A DNA stretch of 63,840 bases, filler included, from a bacterium (GTDB lineage: Bacteria; JADJOY01), in assembly GCA_046331705.1 (NCBI GenBank). It is 4 parts of 4 records of this genome, joined end to end, with 100 filler letters (N's around TTAATTAATTAA, not from the genome) between each part and the next. Parts side by side here need not be neighbours in the genome. Positions count along the whole stretch, not along the records: positions 54,270 to 63,840 come from JAXLQJ010000104.1; 3 more parts are not named here. The stretch is one strand, 5' to 3'. Both the position numbers and the translations under genes were made by a program. This document shows, piece after piece, positions 60,989 through 63,840 of the stretch (its first letter is position 1; each line of letters opens with the position of its first letter). Under the pieces are notes generated by a model. It was not told the DNA's origin. It saw only the letters and a program-made list of their open reading frames with translations, and made no database searches.

Positions 60989-61593
60989 GGGCGTCGTCCT
61001 CGCCGGTCGTCCGTGGCGTTCGCGCCGACCTGGACGCGCAGGAAGTTGGCGAGCAGCTCGCGTCCGGACTCGGTGAGGATCGATTCGGGATGGAACTGGA
61101 CTCCTTCCACCAGCCCATCCGCGGTGCGGACCCCCATGATCTCGCCGTCCTCGCTGCGCGACGTCACGGCGAGCTCCGCGGGTAGCGTCGCCTCGTCGAT
61201 GGCGAGCGAGTGGTAGCGGGTGGCGCGAAACGGGTTGGCGAGCCCCCGATAGACGCCCGCGCCGTCGTGCCGGATCTCGGAGACCTTGCCGTGCATCAAC
61301 CGGCGAGCGCGCACGATCTCGGCGCCGTACGCCGCACCGATCGACTGATGCCCCAGGCACACGCCGAGCAGTGGGATCTTGCCGCGGAAGCGCCGGATCA
61401 GCTCGACGCTGATGCCCGCTTCCCTGGGCGTGCACGGCCCCGGCGAGATCACGACGTGGTCCGGCGCGAGGCTCGCGACCTCGTCGAGCCCGATCTCGTC
61501 GTTGCGCTTCACGACGACGTCCTCGCCGAGCTCGGCCAGGTACTGGACGAGGTTCCAGGTGAAGGAATCGTAGTTGTCGATCATGAGGAGCAT
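60985..61593 (-). CDS. trpG: Anthranilate synthase component II (glutamine amidotransferase)
   Basis: IDNYDSFT, SPGP, GVCLGHQ, RYHSL, QFHPES. Confidence 0.96.
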   Translation of the reverse strand: MLLMIDNYDSFTWNLVQYLAELGEDVVVKRNDEIGLDEVASLAPDHVVISPGPCTPREAGISVELIRRFRGKIPLLGVCLGHQSIGAAYGAEIVRARRLMHGKVSEIRHDGAGVYRGLANPFRATRYHSLAIDEATLPAELAVTSRSEDGEIMGVRTADGLVEGVQFHPESILTESGRELLANFLRVQVGANATDDRRGRRP

Positions 61594-61594
61594 G

Positions 61595-63139
61595 TCAGGG
61601 CTCCTCCGCGGTCGCGCCGCCGCGCGGCACGCCTTCCACGAGACTCAGGTTCTCGAGCCCGCCGCGCGCCAGCTCCACCGCCTTGCGCGCCGCGCGGGCC
61701 TTGTTGACCGTCTCGCGGTACTCGCGCTCGGGATCCGAGTCCGCGACCACGCCGCCGCCGGCCTGCACGTGGATCTCGCCGTTGGCGAGCACCAGGGTGC
61801 GGATGGTGATGCAGAAATCCATGTCGCCATTGAACGAGACCCAGCCCACGGCGCCGCCGTAGGGGCCGCGGTGGCTCGGCTCGAGCTCCTCGATGATCTC
61901 CATCGCGCGGATCTTGGGCGCGCCCGTGAGCGTCCCGGCCGGGAATGCCGAGCGCAGCGCGTCGAGCGCGTCGCGGTCCTCGCGCAGCCGGCCTTCCACG
62001 TGGGAAACGAGGTGCATCACGTGACTGTAGCGTTCCACCACGGCCAGCTCGGGAACCCGCACCGTGCCGGCGCGCGCCACCCGCCCGACGTCGTTCCTGC
62101 CGAGATCGACGAGCATCACGTGCTCGGCCATCTCCTTGGGATCGGCGCGCAGGTCACGCTCGAGCGCCTCGTCCTCGGCCACCGAGGCTGCGCGCGGCCG
62201 GGTGCCGGCGATCGGCCGGGTCATCACCTCGGCGCCCTCGACGCGCACCAGAAGCTCGGGCGACGAGCCCACCAGCATGCCCTCGTCGAAGCCGAGGAAG
62301 AACATGTAGGGCGACGGGTTCACCACGCGCAGCGCGCGGTAGAGATCGATGGGCCGGACGTCGAGCGTGGTGCTGAAGCGCTGCGAGGGCACCACCTGGA
62401 TGATGTCGCCCGCCTGCACGTACTCCTTCGCCTTCTCGACGGCGCGGTGGTAGTCGGCGCGAGTGAAGTTCGAGCGCCACGCCGCCGGGCTCGAAGGCTC
62501 GGGCGCGCTCGGCTCGGGCGCGGCGAGCGGCGCGCGCAGCTCGCGGATCAGCTCCTCGATGTCCGCGACCGCGCGCGCGTAGGCGGCGTCCAGGTCCGGC
62601 TCCTCGTCGAGGAAGACGTTCCGGATCACCCGGATCGTGCCGCGCATGTTGTCGAAGACCAAGAGCGCGTCGGTGCGGCTCAGGTGCATGCGCGGGAAGC
62701 CGAGCACCTCCGGCTTGCGATCGGGCAGACGCTCGAAATGCCGCACGATGTCGTAGGTGAGGTAACCCACGAAGCCCGCGGCGAGCCGCGGCAGCCCCGG
62801 CACGTCGACCGGGCGGTACCGTTCGAGCTCGCGGCGCAGCACGTCGAGCGGAGAGGCCCCCGGGTGCTCCTCGACCGTGTGCTCGCCGTCGACGATGCGC
62901 ACACACGCGCCGTCCGCGATCACCTGACGCGCGCCGAAACGCCCCAGGAAGCTGAAACGCGCCCAGCGCTCGCCGCCCTCGACGCTCTCGAGGAGGAACG
63001 CCTGGCGATCGCCACGGATCTTGAGGAAGGCGCTGAGCGGCGTGTCGAGGTCCGCCAGCACCTCGCGGCTCACGGGCACGACGTTGCCGCGCGAGGCCCA
63101 ATCGCGGAATTGACGCAGGTCGGGAAAGCAAGGGCTCAT
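61595..63139 (-). CDS. trpE: Anthranilate synthase component I
   Basis: LLESVEGGE, NPSPYM, SSPE, PIAGT, EHVMLVDLGRND, PAGTLTGAPK. Confidence 0.96.
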   Translation of the reverse strand: MSPCFPDLRQFRDWASRGNVVPVSREVLADLDTPLSAFLKIRGDRQAFLLESVEGGERWARFSFLGRFGARQVIADGACVRIVDGEHTVEEHPGASPLDVLRRELERYRPVDVPGLPRLAAGFVGYLTYDIVRHFERLPDRKPEVLGFPRMHLSRTDALLVFDNMRGTIRVIRNVFLDEEPDLDAAYARAVADIEELIRELRAPLAAPEPSAPEPSSPAAWRSNFTRADYHRAVEKAKEYVQAGDIIQVVPSQRFSTTLDVRPIDLYRALRVVNPSPYMFFLGFDEGMLVGSSPELLVRVEGAEVMTRPIAGTRPRAASVAEDEALERDLRADPKEMAEHVMLVDLGRNDVGRVARAGTVRVPELAVVERYSHVMHLVSHVEGRLREDRDALDALRSAFPAGTLTGAPKIRAMEIIEELEPSHRGPYGGAVGWVSFNGDMDFCITIRTLVLANGEIHVQAGGGVVADSDPEREYRETVNKARAARKAVELARGGLENLSLVEGVPRGGATAEEP

Positions 63140-63229
63140 CGTCGCTCGAGCGAGCGCACGCGGCGAAGACCGAGAGCGCGCTGGAAGAAACGCCGAGTAT
63201 AGCGTCGCGACGCGGGATGGAACGGGACT

Positions 63230-63840
63230 TCAGCGACTCGACACGATCGCCGCACCACCGAACCCGGCGGCCGCCACTTTCTTCTGAGCGGCCTTCGCGT
63301 CCGCCATCGTCTTGTAGCGGCCGACCCGCACGCGGTAGTGCGGCCCCGAAGGCAGATCCACCCTGGCCGCCGTGCCCTGGATGCCGTGCGCCTTGAGGCG
63401 CGTGAGGAGCTGATCCGCGTCCGTCTTGCTATCGAGCTCCGCCACCTGGATCACGAACCCGGGCGCCGCCTGCTCGTCCGGCTTGGGAGCCTTGGGTGGC
63501 GCCTCCGGAGCGATGGTGAGCTTGGGCGCGGACGCGCTGCGCGCGTCGCGCGGTGCTTCAGGCTTCTTGGGAGTCACGGGAGGCAGCGGCTTGGCGACGG
63601 CGACGTTGGTGTCGCGCGCATCGCGCGCCGCTGTGGCCACGTCCGTCTTGGGCGGCGTGGGCGCCGTCGGGGTGGGCGCCTTCACGGGTGGCGCCACGGG
63701 AGTCGCCGCCGTTCCTGCGCGCGAGCCTTCCGCCTCGCTGGCGGGCTTTGGCGAGGGGCTCCCCGCGGTCGAGCGAAACATGCCGTAGTCGACCGCGGGC
63801 GTCGGTACCGGCGGCGTGACCTTGGCCACGCTCGCGGCCT
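63230..63840 (-). CDS. SPOR-domain protein (5' end outside the window)
   Basis: Pro/Ala linker followed by FVIQV...YRVRVGRY SPOR motif. Confidence 0.8.
   Translation of the reverse strand, partial: AASVAKVTPPVPTPAVDYGMFRSTAGSPSPKPASEAEGSRAGTAATPVAPPVKAPTPTAPTPPKTDVATAARDARDTNVAVAKPLPPVTPKKPEAPRDARSASAPKLTIAPEAPPKAPKPDEQAAPGFVIQVAELDSKTDADQLLTRLKAHGIQGTAARVDLPSGPHYRVRVGRYKTMADAKAAQKKVAAAGFGGAAIVSSR

Noticed and set aside
180-63819. Many long overlapping or antisense ORFs (e.g. 180..2867, 32897..35551, 36318..39437)
   Set aside because: They are Arg/Ala/Pro-rich shadow frames expected at high GC, with no motifs, and each overlaps a well-supported gene.

Overview
High-GC bacterial DNA made of four unlinked contig pieces (1-18148, 18249-36273, 36374-54169, 54270-63840). 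They are joined by artificial 100-nt N spacers carrying TTAATTAATTAA, so adjacency across a spacer means nothing. Piece 1 is mostly housekeeping and metabolic genes: GH2 glycosidase, NUDIX, MaoC, SDR, O-methyltransferase, serB, ilvD, an SGNH lipoprotein, orn, psd, a cupin and an FG-GAP protein. Piece 2 holds a frameshifted membrane/beta-propeller gene, a YVTN-phosphoesterase lipoprotein, a 9-heme cytochrome c with a sigma54-type promoter and strong terminator, GHMP kinase plus selO, and a TetR-TolC-MFP-RND efflux operon. Piece 3 is accessory DNA. It has a beta-helix/diheme cytochrome fusion lipoprotein and a compact sulfotransferase-PqqD/RRE-GT2-GT2-HPr-kinase-like-nucleotidyltransferase operon whose RRE protein carries a lasso-leader-like C-terminal tail; this is the best candidate for an undescribed peptide-modification or peptide-primed glycosylation system. 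Piece 3 ends in a scarred hotspot with two near-identical tyrosine-recombinase 3' tails, a cut PIN toxin gene and a VapB antitoxin. Piece 4 is the trpE-G-C-F-B-A-accD-folC operon, which lacks trpD and has a 25-codon ORF bridging trpB and trpA. No rRNA, tRNA or CRISPR array was seen. All family calls come from motif recognition by eye, not database searches.
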